Source of the DNA: Octopus vulgaris
Lineage: Eukaryota
Assembly (NCBI GenBank): GCA_951406725.2
Contig: OX597838.1
Location: forward strand, 44,330,001-44,394,000
Length of the DNA stretch: 64,000 nucleotides
Reading direction: 5' to 3'
The notes under the pieces are model-generated. The model did no database searches. It was not told where the DNA came from and worked only from the letters and a program-made list of their open reading frames with translations. The stretch's first letter is position 1. Every line of letters starts with the position of its first letter. Positions 42,138 through 56,369 of the stretch are shown one piece after another. A program made the position numbers and the translations under genes.

Positions 42138-43869
42138 GTATACATATATGTATATATGTATATATATATATGTATATATATATGTATATATATATATATA
42201 TGTATGTATGTGTGTGTGTTGTGTGTGTGTATATGCGTGTATGTATGTATGTATTTATATATTTATGTATGTATATGTATGAATAAATATCATGAATGCT
42301 GGTGTGTGTGTGTTTGTGTGAATGCTTGCGCGATCTCATCTATTCGGTTTAGAAGTGTATATTTTCTCTACATTATGGAATTACCACCTTGTTTCTAACT
42401 TCAATTTTTTCGCTTCGCACACCATATCCATTTGCAACCGAATGTTTCGAATTTAAATACAAAATATAAATATAAATTTCCACAAATCTCAATATAATTG
42501 TTGGAAATATTCATCGCAATAAAAATCTTTATTCTCTGAAAGTTTTCCTTTGATACAATTAAAATATGATAGGAAACAACTGAAACATTTCCTCTGTTCG
42601 GAACGAGAACATGCAGAACATTTCGCGTGCTTTCTTTTTTCTCTTGTTCAGAAAATCGAAGGAACGAGCGTGATGATCTTTTTGCAAAACATCTGAAAAC
42701 ACGGACGACGGAGGAGACAACGACGACGACGACGCATGACTTGCCATCGTAGGATGCAACACAGCTGTTTCAGTTGTTTTCGGTGTTCCTGTGCTTAACG
42801 TTGCCCAGCATTTATCACAATCGTCAGCTTCATAATAATTGAATACCCCTCCTTAAAACTGCTGTTCATGTGCTAAAATTTGAACCCATTTCTATTTTTA
42901 TTGTAGATTTTGTTGTTGTTGTTTTACTAGCAAAATTTTCCATGGACATTTACCAAAGTAGAATCATCTGTGGTAGCTTCAAGAACAAATTCGACAGTGT
43001 AAGAAATTAATCTGTGTCATTATTGACATTCATTCCTTACATAGTCACCCGACTAATTATATTTGATGAGGGGTTCAATTAATCATTGGTCACGGTACGG
43101 CCGAACCCATGTGGTTTTGTATCCGATCATACTCTGTGAAAACTCGAGTATTATTGGTTCGATCCAAGTTTTGTCAGCATAATCGACGGGACAGAAACTT
43201 AATGGCGGTCCGTTGGTTAGAATCTTTCTCTCATACAAATCTCCGTCATGTTGCACATTCAGTTTATAAACACTTGTGCACTGAAAGTGCTGTTGTAAGC
43301 CGTCTCATTGGTCAGTGAAGCAGCTCAGAGGAACTTTCAGTCTCTTCTGCCGCGACATCAAAGCTGCCCGGTGCCACCTGAAAATGTAGGGGACAAAACT
43401 TACGCATAAAACCAAGAGACTTTGTTGAGTCACATGTTGTGTCTCCGGGTCGGATATTTCTATCTTCCACAAAACTCGTCCTTGCAGCATCTGGTGATGT
43501 CTTTTCTTGCTTTTGAGGCTTGTCGAAGACTCATGTGTATCGAGTGAATACTGATTCCAATAAACCCCCTAACATTTATCTGTAAAGTGGGGCGGGGGGG
43601 GTGCAGCTTGTGAATGCAGCTTGACGATCAACTGATTATTAATCTTCGAAACTAATTTCAGCAACTGAGGAAGAATCTACCCGAGCACAAAACTTGTTAG
43701 AAATAGCAGCAAAATTTCTCTCATATCAATACCTAATATACTAAGAAAAAGACAACTTCCAGTAATGTAGAGCAGATCCCCATACATGGAATCGAAATAT
43801 GCGTGATTGTTCTTCTTCTTCCACTTAAGAACGGTGTACAACTTGGGTTGCAATATAAAGCGGCAATGA

Positions 43870-44085
43870 AGGCAGCGAACCGGCAGAATCGTTAGCACGC
43901 CGGACAAAATGCATAGCAGCATTTCGTCTGTCTTTACGTTCTGAGTTCAAACTCCACCGAGGCCGACATTACCTTTCATCATTTCGAGGTCGGTAAAATT
44001 AGTGCCAGTTGATCACTTGGGTCGATGGAATCAACTTAAGCTCACTCCCAAAATCTCTGGCCTGAAGCCAAAATTTAAAATCAGT
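43870..44085 (+). mobile_element. Nin/Deu-like SINE (first of a SINE-fragment cluster extending to about 46400)
   Basis: GGCAGCGAACCGGCAGAATCGTTAGCACGCCGG...GAGTTCAAACTCC...CCTTTCATC. Confidence 0.7.
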
Positions 44086-47000
44086 GTAAAGCGGCATCTC
44101 AGTGAATTCGACTTCGCCATTCAACCTTCAAAAATATCAGTAAATCCTGGGGTAGGTAGTGGATTATTCTCTACCTCCAGCAACTTGTTCTAATATAAGA
44201 AAAACAAATTTTATTATCGTTGTTGGAGCGGAAAAAAGGCCGTTGGAGCGTCAAACAAAATATCCTCTGATATTTGTTGTGGCTCAATCCATTCCAAGCC
44301 AAATCCTTCCGAGGTCAACTTCGGTTCTTTACTTTCCGCGGTTTGATAAACAAGTCCAGTCAAGTGTGCGTGCTTTTGGTGGCGGTGGTAAGGGAGGGTG
44401 TGATGTAGTCGACCTTATCTCCATTCACTACTTTTCTTTAGTGTCTTCTCAAATGACCTTTAGAAGCGTAGAAACACCTCTAGTAGCTTCAACGTCAGGC
44501 CAATCGTGTCTGATATAATTAAAGACCTAATTCATAATTCATTTGATTTTCTTAATTGTCCTTGAGAAACATTTGGTTATTATCGCAGGTACGGTTGAAT
44601 GGTTAACCAGTTCTCTTCCCACTCACGTGGGCCTACTGAATGGCATCTTGGTCAATGTCTTCTACTCAATGCAATACAAGGATTAAAGGTTCATATTCAA
44701 CCGAGGGCTTCTGGCTACTGATAAAGCAAGTCTTAGTTAAATGTTAAGGTCGATGCGATATAAACGACTCTTATCTCTGGACTGTTTCTAAGTAAAGAGT
44801 AAAGAGAGGTGCTTTCATTGACAGGCTCGTAAGAGCCCTCGCAAAAATATCTTTGCCTTTCATCCTTTCGGGGCCGATAAATTAAGTACCAGTTACGCAC
44901 TGGGGTCTATCTAATCGACTGATTCCCCCCACCCCGCCAAAAAAAATTGGGCCATGCGCCTAGAGTAGAAAGCATCGTTAGCGCTTGGGTCAAAACATAC
45001 AGAAATTTCGTTACGAACATTTACATTCTGAGTTCAAATACACCGAGGGTTAATTCTTCCCCGAGTTAATTTTGCTTTTTTCTAGGCCTATTAAATAATA
45101 CACTTAAGTAACAACTCAATATAATCGACTATTCGCTACGCCTCAAATTTTCAATGTTTTTTTTCTTCTTTTGAATAAATTGAAAACAATTAATTTAATT
45201 ATCATGAGTAACGATGATTTTGTATTACTGTTAGCGAATGGGGCAAAATACATACAGAAATTTCGTTGTGGATGTTTACTTTCTGCGTTCAAATCCAGTC
45301 TGGGAATGCAGACTCTTACCATGAAGATGGGTGATTAATGGACAAAACGGTAGATTACCTGAATATCTGTGGTCAGATTTGTTCTGCAGCCTCCCAGGGT
45401 CGAAAAATAAAGCACAACTCAAGTTCTAGGATCTAATTAATCAACCAGCCTCTTACACTTATTTCTGACCTTGGGCCTAGGATATTATCGTTATGCAAAT
45501 TTGCTGTTTTCTTTTCTCCGTTTCCCTTCTGTTTTCTTAGATTGATTATTAACGATGTTTAAAAATGGTAGAAACATTTTAGATGTCAACCATGACTGAA
45601 ATTGTCAACCGTGACTGAAATTGATATATCTATATTACAGTTAGTATGGATGCCTTAATTAATCCTTGAGAAAGGCTTTCATTAAATATGAATGTAGCCA
45701 TGGCCGAATGGATAAGTAACGCGTTTCGCAAACATGAGAACCAGAGATCGATCTTAGTGCGTGGTATGTTCTATATAATATATGATGGTTGTCTACTCGT
45801 TAGCTGAGCATAACTATCGCTGACATCATTGTCAGCAATGCCTGAGCAAGTGTTTCAGGTTGCGTACAACTTGGACAACGGCTCAATGACTTTCACTCGT
45901 AACGTTGAGAAGCCTAGAGACAAGCAGAGTGCAGGATACCTGGCTCAGAAGAGTGAAGGGTTGCATACAAGAGTTAGCCTTCTCCAAGAGGGTTGCTTTC
46001 ACAAAGAGCAGGGGCCCCTCATTCCAAGCAGGTTTATCGTTATTATCAATTGGTGAAAGGCATTAATTGGTCGAATCGTTACATGCTTAGCGGAATTTTT
46101 GATTTCAAATGCTGCCGATTTTGACTTTGTCTTTCATACCTGCCGGAGTCGATAAAATATCTATTAAGCGCTGGGGTCGATGTAGTCGACTAACATCCCT
46201 CTCTCTAATTTTTCTGATCCTGTGTCAAATTTAGAAAGAGTTATTAACTGGCGGAATTTGGCGACTGTCTTTAACGTGTCGTATAAAATGATTAGCAACA
46301 TTCCTTCTGGCTCTTTATTTTCTAACCTCAATTTCACCGAGGTCAACGTTGGTTTTCATCGTTCCGGGATCGTGTAATCGACTAATACCCCTACCGTATG
46401 TGTGTGTGTATGTGAGTGTGGAAAGATGTGGTCGAGCATGTCACTAACGAATGCCTACCATAAAACAAAATACTTGAAAGCCAGCGATTTTCAAAGGAAA
46501 TAATTTGCGAAACACTATTTTGTACCGACTTGTCAAGAGAGAAAGCAATGCTCACCACTCACTCCGTGGCCTCCAAGAAACATAACAGGAATACTCAGTT
46601 AAATTCACCTAAGATAGCGAGTTGACGATGTTAAATGGGAATGAGCTAAAATTACTATACAAGTTTACCATGGTAAGAATTGAACTCCGGACGCAAAGAG
46701 CCGGAGTATATACTGTAAGAGATCTGGCCCTATGTTCTAACATTCCCTCCTGTCGATCATCTAAAACTGCTACGTTTTTACTGACTTCGAATGGATGAAA
46801 TACAAAGATGACCTTGGAAAGATTTAAGCTCGGGGAGCGGAGCGTCGGATTAGATGCTGCAAAGCATTCTGTCCGGATGACCAGCGACGATTTAATCCAA
46901 GAATTGTAATAGAAATCAAAATGAAACAGTAACGGAGGCAAAAAAACATTGGATTAAATGTTTAAGAAATACCAGTATTCTTTTTTGCCATTCTGGGACC

Positions 47001-48664
47001 AAAGATATATTTTGACATATATTTCATAGGTATAAATTGCGTCTTTGGTGGCAATATTGACGATGATTGGTATATATTAGTTGTACAATTGCCCTCGCAT
47101 TTTGTGCTTCTGTATTGATACAATAGAGGGACAGAAAGGGAGGTAAGTGATAAAGTAATAGAGAAAGAAAGGTGGGGGGTAGGGAGGGAGTGAAATATAA
47201 AAATTCTTGAGAGAGAAGACAGCAGGAAGACAAATGGGAATAAATGTTTAATGAGTGTATGTGAGATGCGCAACATGTTGGAGAGAGAGACAGAAAGAGA
47301 GAGAGAAAGAGAGTGAAAGAGAGAGACAGAGAGAGAGACACAGAGAGAGACAGAGAGAGAGAGAGACAGAGAGAGAGAGAGACAGAGAGAGAGGGGGGGC
47401 TGTATCTATGCATGTGTGTGCGATTGAATGTGTATATGTGTGCGAAACGTACAGTTAACTGGAGATAACAACAGATGACTCCATCGACAGGGTGTCAGGC
47501 AATTAACCGAGTAATCGATAGCTCATTTCCTGTCATCTGCAGTGTAGATTACGAAAGGTCAGGACGATAGCTTTCAGTAGTTGGCATAATCTAGCCACAT
47601 ATAATTTGATACGACAAGAGGGAACAAGCTGTTGTTGTTGTTGTTAAAGTGATGGGGTGATAGTTTATAGTTTCAGAGAACCGGCATCATTGTGAAGACA
47701 TATAACCATGTTGCTAATAAATCGAACAACTTAAAAAATGATTCATAGATCGAGTACTTTACTATGATTATGTCTAGGGGAGGGCCACACTGCGCGCTCT
47801 CACATGTAATAGTTTATTGTTAAGGAATAGAGTAGGGAAGTCTGAGAATGTTCTCATCCATTTTAAATTTCAGCAGAGAAAAACGCCTTTAATTACAGCC
47901 GCTGCTACTGCTGTTGTCTTGGCTCTGGCTGTTGTTTTAATGTTTAGAGCAAAGTCATCGCTTGACAGTTGAACAAAGAGACCTAAAAGGAAAAGTGTCC
48001 CGTTATGGTCATCCACTTTCCAGCAGGGCTATGTAGGAACCATGTAGGAACCATGTAGGAACGAGAGTATTTCAGGTATTGTTTGTCTATTTGAGACATT
48101 AAGGTTTGGTTCAAGGGATACATATAGCGGAAATGGAAATATATGAAGCATTTCTGGGTAACAGAACTACATAAAGTATGTCAGAATGACTTTAAAAAAG
48201 AAAACAAACCATGAGTGGCACCTTGGTCAATTGTCATTTACCGTTGACTCAGGGTAATACTGGCGCCATGAGTTCGTATGCGACCGAGGTCATCCAGCGT
48301 CGATCAATAAGAGTTTCAGACAAATGTTATGGTCCTTATAAATAGCTCCTATCCTTTCAAAGGTTTCTGCTCAGTTTCTATCCAAAGAAGGACAAGAATA
48401 TGTATATATATATATATATATATATATTAGAAGAAATGGGGTACTCAGAAATTCGGATGGTTTTATATTTACAGATATTTATTCGTATATTGCATGTTTT
48501 TATATATCATATAACTTAGATAACATATATTAGTGCTTTCTCCCATTCTAGTGGGGTTTTCAAATCGAACTATATATTTATATATATATATATTATATTA
48601 AATTAGAGACAAAACCACTATTAGGCAAATCATACAATGAAAAACTTAAGCCAATACCTAAGAT

Positions 48665-48696
<32 letters not shown>

Positions 48697-48767
48697 CTAC
48701 ATATATATATATATATATATATACGTATATATATATATACATATATATATATATACATATATATATA

Positions 48768-48819
<52 letters not shown>

Positions 48820-48966
48820 CATATATATACAGCCAAAGAGAAGATCGTTATAAATGGCTCCTATCCCTCCAAAGGTTTCTGCTCAATTTCTATCTAAAGA
48901 AAGACATGAATATATATATATATGTGTGTATATATATATGTGTATATATATATATGTGTTTATATA

Positions 48967-49027
<61 letters not shown>

Positions 49028-49056
49028 ATACAATATGTTACATTACTCGGTAGTCA

Positions 49057-49119
49057 AGATAAAACTCTGAGTTTCAGATGCCGAAGTGGAAATCCACAAC
49101 ACCATCTCTTCGGTTATCT
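49057..49119 (-). ncRNA. Hammerhead ribozyme motif of PLE2 (left arm)
   Basis: Reverse complement of 52295-52357. Confidence 0.7.
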
Positions 49120-49313
49120 GGCTATTTGAAAACGTTACGAAAAAATACCGTTAAAAATGAAGGGAAATTACTCTGTTATAACTCTGCTTTGCCTGCGTAC
49201 TTATACATCGCTCGCATTTTTCGTCATAAAAATTATATAAAAATACATAAAAATATATAAAAATATATAAAAATATATAAAATCTTCTTGGGACATAACA
49301 CAGAAAGCATGTT

Positions 49314-51138
49314 CTATCCGTTTTCTTTAGGGGACCAAAAACGTAACAGAAATTTAGTCACATGTGGGCATGATCCGAAAAGCTCTGTCCTTGTATTTAG
49401 ACATGTGGTAGGGTCTAAGCTGCTTTTCCAGATAAGCCATCTCTCCATGTCGCATAAACCGCACCTTCCGCTGCCGTTAGTATAGGGCTTACATCTGGCC
49501 AAAATCTTCCATTGTATGTTATAATCGACACCTTTATCTCTTAAAGACCAAATATGATTGGATAATTGTGTCGCTTTTCTTTTGTTCCAGTGCCTAAAGC
49601 TCAAAGTGTGGTTATTGAACCTGGCCTTGAAATTACCCTCTGTCAGGCCCACGTATTTCTTCGTCGAAACGGTGTCTTTAGTGGTTATAGAGTATACGGT
49701 AGCTTCATATATGATGGTCTTGGACATGCAAGCTCCATTTAGCGGGCACAATTCTTTATTCCTGCATGAACAGCTGTTTTCTTCTTGTGTTTTTTGTATG
49801 TTATGATTGATTATGTTTTTAAAATTGGTAGTTGAACTAAAACTAATTTTTAAATTGTGTCTATTGAAGAGTTTCCTATAAGCATGGTTAACTGGAAAAT
49901 GTCTATCTATCAGTGCTAGGAAATATTTACCTATATTGAAGGCCACCTCGGGTGAGTAAGGGGGCGTAAACCAGATGACCTTCCTATTTCTATTATTCCT
50001 TTTCCTTATTGTTGGGCTGGTGATAGGTGTATATTTTATTTTTTCGCTAAAACCACTATCTTTTAAAGCTTTATTATAAACTGGGGCAACGCTATTGAAG
50101 ATGTCCTCATTAGATGAGAGGCTAGAAATCCTCTTACTAATATTTTTAACTAAATTTTTGAATACTATAGGGGGATGGCATGAACCTACATTAATATAAC
50201 TTAGTCTATCATTGGGCTTCCTATAAGGCTTATAAATATTATTATTAAGATCTAAGGAAACGTCTAAGAAATTGACAACCGTCAGGTTAGTGTCTATAGT
50301 TATACTAAGTCCGAAGTGTTTCATTAACTGGATAATATCCTTCCTAAAACGATCTTGTGCTGGTCCATTTGTATTAGCTGTTAAGGCGAAGGCATCATCT
50401 TTGTAGATGGCGAAATGTACGTTAGGGAATGTCTTACTGAAGGTATCTAGGAGAAAGAGTCCAATTAGATCACAGATGCCTGCCCCATCATATGAACCCA
50501 TGCTCACATCGAAAGCGCCCTCCGTGTCGGTGTTTTTTATCCACTTTGCATTCTCACTGAAAAGTAATGTCTTTCTAGCATGGAAGATTATATCCTTATC
50601 ATTGGTACTAATTTCTATGAAGTCACTAGCGAAGATTAGGGCTTTATCTAGCAGTTCTTTAGAGATAGAGGCATAAAAATCAACAATATCGAATTGTGTA
50701 AACCTCGCTTTTTTCTTATTCTTAATAGCTTTAAACCAGTCTACGACTTCTATACTATTAGACCATTGCACTAGCCTAGTATCGGTCTTAATTTTCGTAT
50801 TTATTTTATCTAAAATTTCTTTGCTAATAATCCCTAGTTCTGACTTGGCTGGGTTGATAAGCCTACATTTAGGGTTGGAAAGGAAGTTTTCTTTGTGGTC
50901 TTTAATAGTAATAAAGGCCTCTTTTTGGGGGAGGGTTTCTATTTTTTTATCTAATTTAAGTTTAGCGGCGATGACGCTAGCTTCTTTATTAATTTCGTTA
51001 TATGTCTGTGCCCTAGCCTTAGTATAATTATTAATGATGCTGTTGTGTAAGAGTTGTGTGTATTTGCTGTTATCTACCAGGTATAAGTTCTTGGTTTTAT
51101 CCGAAAAAAGTGCTTTTTTCTTGGAGCTTTTTATATGA
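49314..51138 (-). CDS. PLE RT plus GIY-YIG endonuclease, 5'-truncated but with an uninterrupted frame
   Basis: The frame stays open upstream of the listed ORF (FSDKTKNLY...IKDHKENF..PKCRLINPAKSELG). Motifs QFDIVDFYASI, MGSYDGA, YKDD, FLDVSL, CSC..CPLNGAC, IIYEATV..YVGLTE..KARF..H, CGLC..E, LN.R.E..CPH. Confidence 0.9.
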
Positions 51139-51148
51139 TCCTTAGATC

Positions 51149-52100
51149 TTTCCTTAGATCTTAATAATAATATTTATAAGCCTTATAGGAAGCCCAATGA
51201 TAGACTAAGTTATATTAATGTAGGTTCATGCCATCCCCCTATAGTATTCAAAAATTTAGTTAAAAATATTAGTAAGAGGATTTCTAGCCTCTCATCTAAT
51301 GAGGACATCTTCAATAGCGTTGTCCCAGTTTATAATAAAGCTTTAAAAGATAGTGGTTTTAGCGAAAAAATAAAATATACACCTATCACCAGCCCAACAA
51401 TAAGGAAAAGGAATAATAGAAATAGGAAGGTCATCTGGTTTACGCCCCCTTACTCACCCGAGGTGGCCTTCAATATAGGTAAATATTTCCTAGCACTGAT
51501 AGATAGACATTTTCCAGTTAACCATGCTTATAGGAAACTCTTCAATAGACACAATTTAAAAATTAGTTTTAGTTCAACTACCAATTTTAAAAACATAATC
51601 AATCATAACATACAAAAAACACAAGAAGAAAACAGCTGTTCATGCAGGAATAAAGAATTATGCCCGCTAAATGGAGCTTGCATGTCCAAGACCATCATAT
51701 ATGAAGCTACCGTAAACTCTAAACACTAAACACTAAAGACACCGTTTCGACGAAGAAATACGTGGGCCTGACAGAGGGTAATTTCAATGCCAGGTTCAAT
51801 AACCACACTTTGAGCTTTAGGCACTGGAACAAAAGAAAAGCGACACAATTATCCAATCATATTTGGTCTTTAAGAGATAAAGGTGTCGATTATAACATAC
51901 AATGGAAGATTTTGGCCAGATGTAAGCCCTATACTAACGGCAGCGGAAGGTGCGGTTTATGCGACATGGAGAGATGGCTTATCTGGAAAAGCAGCTTAGA
52001 CCCTACCACATGTCTAAATACAAGGACAGAGCTTTTCGGATCATGCCCACATGTGACTAAATTTCTGTTACGTTTTTGGTCCCCTAAAGAAAACGGATAG
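51149..52100 (+). pseudogene. Inverted partial copy of the PLE2 ORF (thumb plus GIY-YIG), frameshifted near 51715-51735
   Basis: ORFs 51463-51729 and 51762-52100 repeat the C-terminal part of 49314-50771. Confidence 0.9.
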
Positions 52101-52294
52101 AACATGCTTTCTGTGTTATGTCCCAAGAAGATTTTATATATTTTTATATATTTTTATATATTTTTATGTATTTTTATATAATTTTTATGACGAAAAATGC
52201 GAGCGATGTATAAGTACGCAGGCAAAGCAGAGTTATAACAGAGTAATTTCCCTTCATTTTTAACGGTATTTTTTCGTAACGTTTTCAAATAGCC

Positions 52295-52357
52295 AGATAA
52301 CCGAAGAGATGGTGTTGTGGATTTCCACTTCGGCATCTGAAACTCAGAGTTTTATCT
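52295..52357 (+). ncRNA. Hammerhead ribozyme motif of PLE2 (right arm), CCGAAGA core
   Basis: agataa-CCGAAGA-gatg...catc-t-GAAAC-TCAGA-GTT-ttatct. Stem I 6 bp; there is an extra U before GAAA. Confidence 0.7.
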
Positions 52358-52453
52358 TGACTACCGAGTAATGTAACATATTGTATAGATAAATTTCCTC
52401 TATTTACATAATATTGAGGTCTCTTTCTTTCTTTTGTTATCTTACCGTTTTAT

Positions 52454-52504
<51 letters not shown>

Positions 52505-52671
52505 TGTCTTTCTTTAGATAGAAATTGAGCAGAAACCTTTGGAGGGATAGGAGCCATTTATAACGATCTTCTCTTTGGCTGTTACATTAAGGCTTATTGA
52601 AATCAAAATCGCAGGCTTATGCCGACTGACCTATCAGCATTTCACTCTCTGTTCTGACTTGTTCGGTGATG

Positions 52672-52724
<53 letters not shown>

Positions 52725-53234
52725 TTGATTGTTGATTTCATAATGGTAGCTTGTGATTGGAGTGACATCTCGTACCTATTTCTTGCAGATGGAGTGAGAA
52801 CGTGACAACCTCTCAATTAATCATTTCCACTCAGACTCGACCCTCTCACGGTTCCTCACTGTGAGGAATGCTTATAATCCAGGGCTAACCGCTTATGTTT
52901 TTTATACTACAACACATTTACCTATATCATCCTTGCCTTCTTTAACTGAGATTAATCATATCTCTCTGTCTAAACAACTCGTGTTCATCTTTTGCCTCCT
53001 TAATACCATCTGAAATGCCTCAGTTTCCATTTGAACGACATCTAGTCTCTCGATGTTCTTCAAATAAGAATGTATCTTGACTAATCACGTGGTACAATAC
53101 TACTGAAAAATTAACGGACTGTTCCAGTGATCCAAAACACATTGAATTACTATCGATTCAATTATATAATGTTGCTGTTGTTGCTGCTGCTACTGCTGCT
53201 GCTGTTGCTGTTGTTCCTGTTCAGTGAAGCAGTA

Positions 53235-53603
53235 TCCGTCCCAGAGCTCGCAAGATCGCTCCTCTGTAGTGGGGGAAGTCCGAAACGTGGTCCTTTCCTA
53301 TTCCTAAGACCCGCAGAAGAGAAAGCAGGTCAACCCCGACACCGAGAGCATCAACAGATGGATGATTGCGCATCCAGGCTCAGCGGTTGCGTAGGAAGTC
53401 GGGGACAAGAAACAGGAAGAAAGAGTGAGAGAATGTTGGGGCGAAAGAGTACAACATGGGTCGCCACCACCCTCTGCCGGAGCCTCGTGGAGCTTTAGGG
53501 GTTTTCGCTCAATAATCACACACAACGCCCGGTCTGGGAATCGAAACCGCGATCCTCCGACCGCGAGTCCGCTGCCTTAACCACTGGGCCATTGCACTTC
53601 CAC
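53235..53603 (-). mobile_element. tRNA-headed SINE with GC-rich body
   Basis: Head TGGCCCAGTGGTTAAGGCAGCGGACTCGCGG...GGTTTCGATTCCC (A and B boxes). A body block is shared with 41930-41995. Confidence 0.8.
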
Positions 53604-53854
53604 TTGCTGCTGCTGCTCTTGTTATTGTTGAACCACGACATAAACATTATCAATAAGTTTGACCTAGGCGCTACATGCAGACTATTGTATATGATGGTGA
53701 TGATGATGATGATGATTATGATGATGATGATGATGATTATGATGATGATGATGATGATGTTACTGGTAAACACCCACCTCCAACTTGATTCAAAAGGGAG
53801 CTGCATGACCAATGGCATTCAAACTGCGATCCTCTTGTCATTTGCCACTTATAA

Positions 53855-54115
53855 GGGCCTTCGCGTGGCTTAGAGGTTGGTCTGCTGCACTCATGATTGT
53901 AAGATCACGGTTTCGATTCCAAGATCACGCCGTGTGTTGTGTTCTGAAGGAAAGTACTTCATTTCACGTTGCTGCAGTCCACTCAACCGCAAATGGGTCC
54001 CCCTGCAACAGACTGACGCCAGGTTCAGTGGAAGGGTTGCGAGCTAAGCGACTTGCACACCATGGAGACTGGGTAAGCGGCATTGTGGGTCCTAAGCCTA
54101 GAAACAAGAATGTGT
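53855..54115 (+). mobile_element. tRNA-headed SINE (Meta-domain-like)
   Basis: GCGTGGCTTAGAGGTTGG...GGTTTCGATTCC...GTGTTGTGTTCTGAAGG..ATTTCACGTTGCTGCAGTCCACTC. Confidence 0.65.
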
Positions 54116-54990
54116 AGCGGTTGCTGCTGTTGCTGTTGATGATGACGATCACGATGATGATGACGATGTGATGACGACGACGACGGCGATGTTGAAGATG
54201 ATGGCGACGTTGACGATGACAACGTCGACGTGTCCCTCGATGCATTTGACTTATTTCCATCTTTTCATTTTGACCAAGACTCCGGTTTGAGATTAAACCC
54301 CTCACTTTCCCTGTAAAGAATAATAGGCCTACACCCTAGAATAAACCACTGCAAAAGAATAAAACAAACAGAAAAAGAACAAAAACACACACACATACGT
54401 ACACACGTACACAAGTATCTAGGAATTAATTGATCCTTTAATTTTCATAAACCCATTTGTTGAGTTTTTAATGAGAATTAGCTGCTATTGTTAGCAGGTC
54501 GTGTGACCTTCTTGACTGGTTCCTAATGCTGGTAACGGATATTTGCGAATGGTTAGAAAGTAAATAAATTTGATTACAGGGCGTAAAATTAAATATGATA
54601 AATTGGATATATGATATTTTTAATGGTATTCAGTGATAACCGTGAAGCTATCTATCGACAGTATCGTGTATCATGGATATATAGGATAAAGGTAAGAAGA
54701 TATCACATATATCAGCAATAATATTTCATGTCGGTTATGTACATGTAATAAATTTTGTAAATCATATGGATGTAAATAAAACACATACATATACATACAC
54801 ACACAAACACGCACACACAGACATAACAACACACGTGAACATACACACACGACACAGACGCACACACATAGACACGCTCTCACACCAACAACCAATACAC
54901 ACATTGATATAAGATATACACAAGCAGACGCATACACACATATGAGTGTGTGTTTGTGTGTAACCATCACCCCCACATATATTTATATTA

Positions 54991-55075
<85 letters not shown>

Positions 55076-55263
55076 CATATGATATTTATATATACTTTTA
55101 TATATAATTCTTTCGTAAACTCTCCCTATATTCACATATATTCGTATATGTCAATACATTAATATATATATATATATATATCTACGCACACTCACACACT
55201 ATAGAAACACATATAAGCACATATATTTATTGATCCATCTATCCATACATGTATGCATGCCTG

Positions 55264-55352
<89 letters not shown>

Positions 55353-55421
55353 ATGTATACATCTATACATGTTTGGCTGCAGGCATACATACGCATACAC
55401 ATACATACACACACGCACTCA

Positions 55422-55481
<60 letters not shown>

Positions 55482-55887
55482 CATATATACACATACATAT
55501 ACACACGCACATATATTACAGGCTCACATGGAAAAGGCATATAACTCACATGTATAAATAAGTCGGTGACACGACCAATATCGCTGAAAGCATTAGATAT
55601 ATCAGTAGCTTATATGATAAGCAAAGGATATCAAAGAGAAGGGAATGCAGTAAATAATGTTTGATAATATCTTATCGGATATTACTCGAGATCAATATTA
55701 TCACATTTCTTCTTGTTGCCGTTGGAATATGTCTTCACGTGGATATAGAAATGGTAGGTGTGAGGAAAGAAAATTATATACACCACATGACGTGATTGCG
55801 CGGAAAAGTCAGGAAGTCAGCGGTGTATATATATATATATATATATATATAAATACTTTTGCGTGTGTGTGTATATATACATGTATG

Positions 55888-55927
<40 letters not shown>

Positions 55928-56278
55928 ATATACATATGCATGTATTTGTATGTATGTATGTATGCTTTATATATATATATATATATATGTATGAATATAT
56001 TTTTATATATATATATACACACATACATACATGTATATATACACATACACGCAAAAGTATTTATATTTATATATATTTATATGCATGCATGCTTATACAT
56101 ATATACGCATAAATATATGTATACACGTATATGCAGACATACTCTTGTGCGCAAACATACATATATGCATACGTGAATATACATATGTGTGTGTATGTGT
56201 ATATATTATGTATATAATTACATGTATATATATATATTTACATATACATAAATATATGTAAATATATATATGTATGTG

Positions 56279-56369
<91 letters not shown>

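Larger units (their letters stand above)
49023..52457. mobile_element. Naiad-like PLE (PLE2) in fold-back configuration
   Basis: Arms 49023-50260 (minus) and 51149-52391 (plus) are near-identical inverted copies. The spacer encodes further RT. A tail at 52392-52457 is on the right arm only. (TA)n lies on both sides. Confidence 0.95.

Noticed and set aside
42559-42762. 67-aa Ser-rich ORF
   Set aside because: Short, partly a trinucleotide repeat, with no recognisable homology or clear splice context.
43404-43579. Possible minus-strand host exon (polypyrimidine-TTACAG acceptor, GTAAGT donor)
   Set aside because: All three frames contain stops from this acceptor and no domain is recognisable. 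A non-coding exon cannot be assessed without RNA data.
53530-53603. tRNA gene
   Set aside because: A and B boxes are present but the acceptor stem is poor and the sequence continues into a SINE body.
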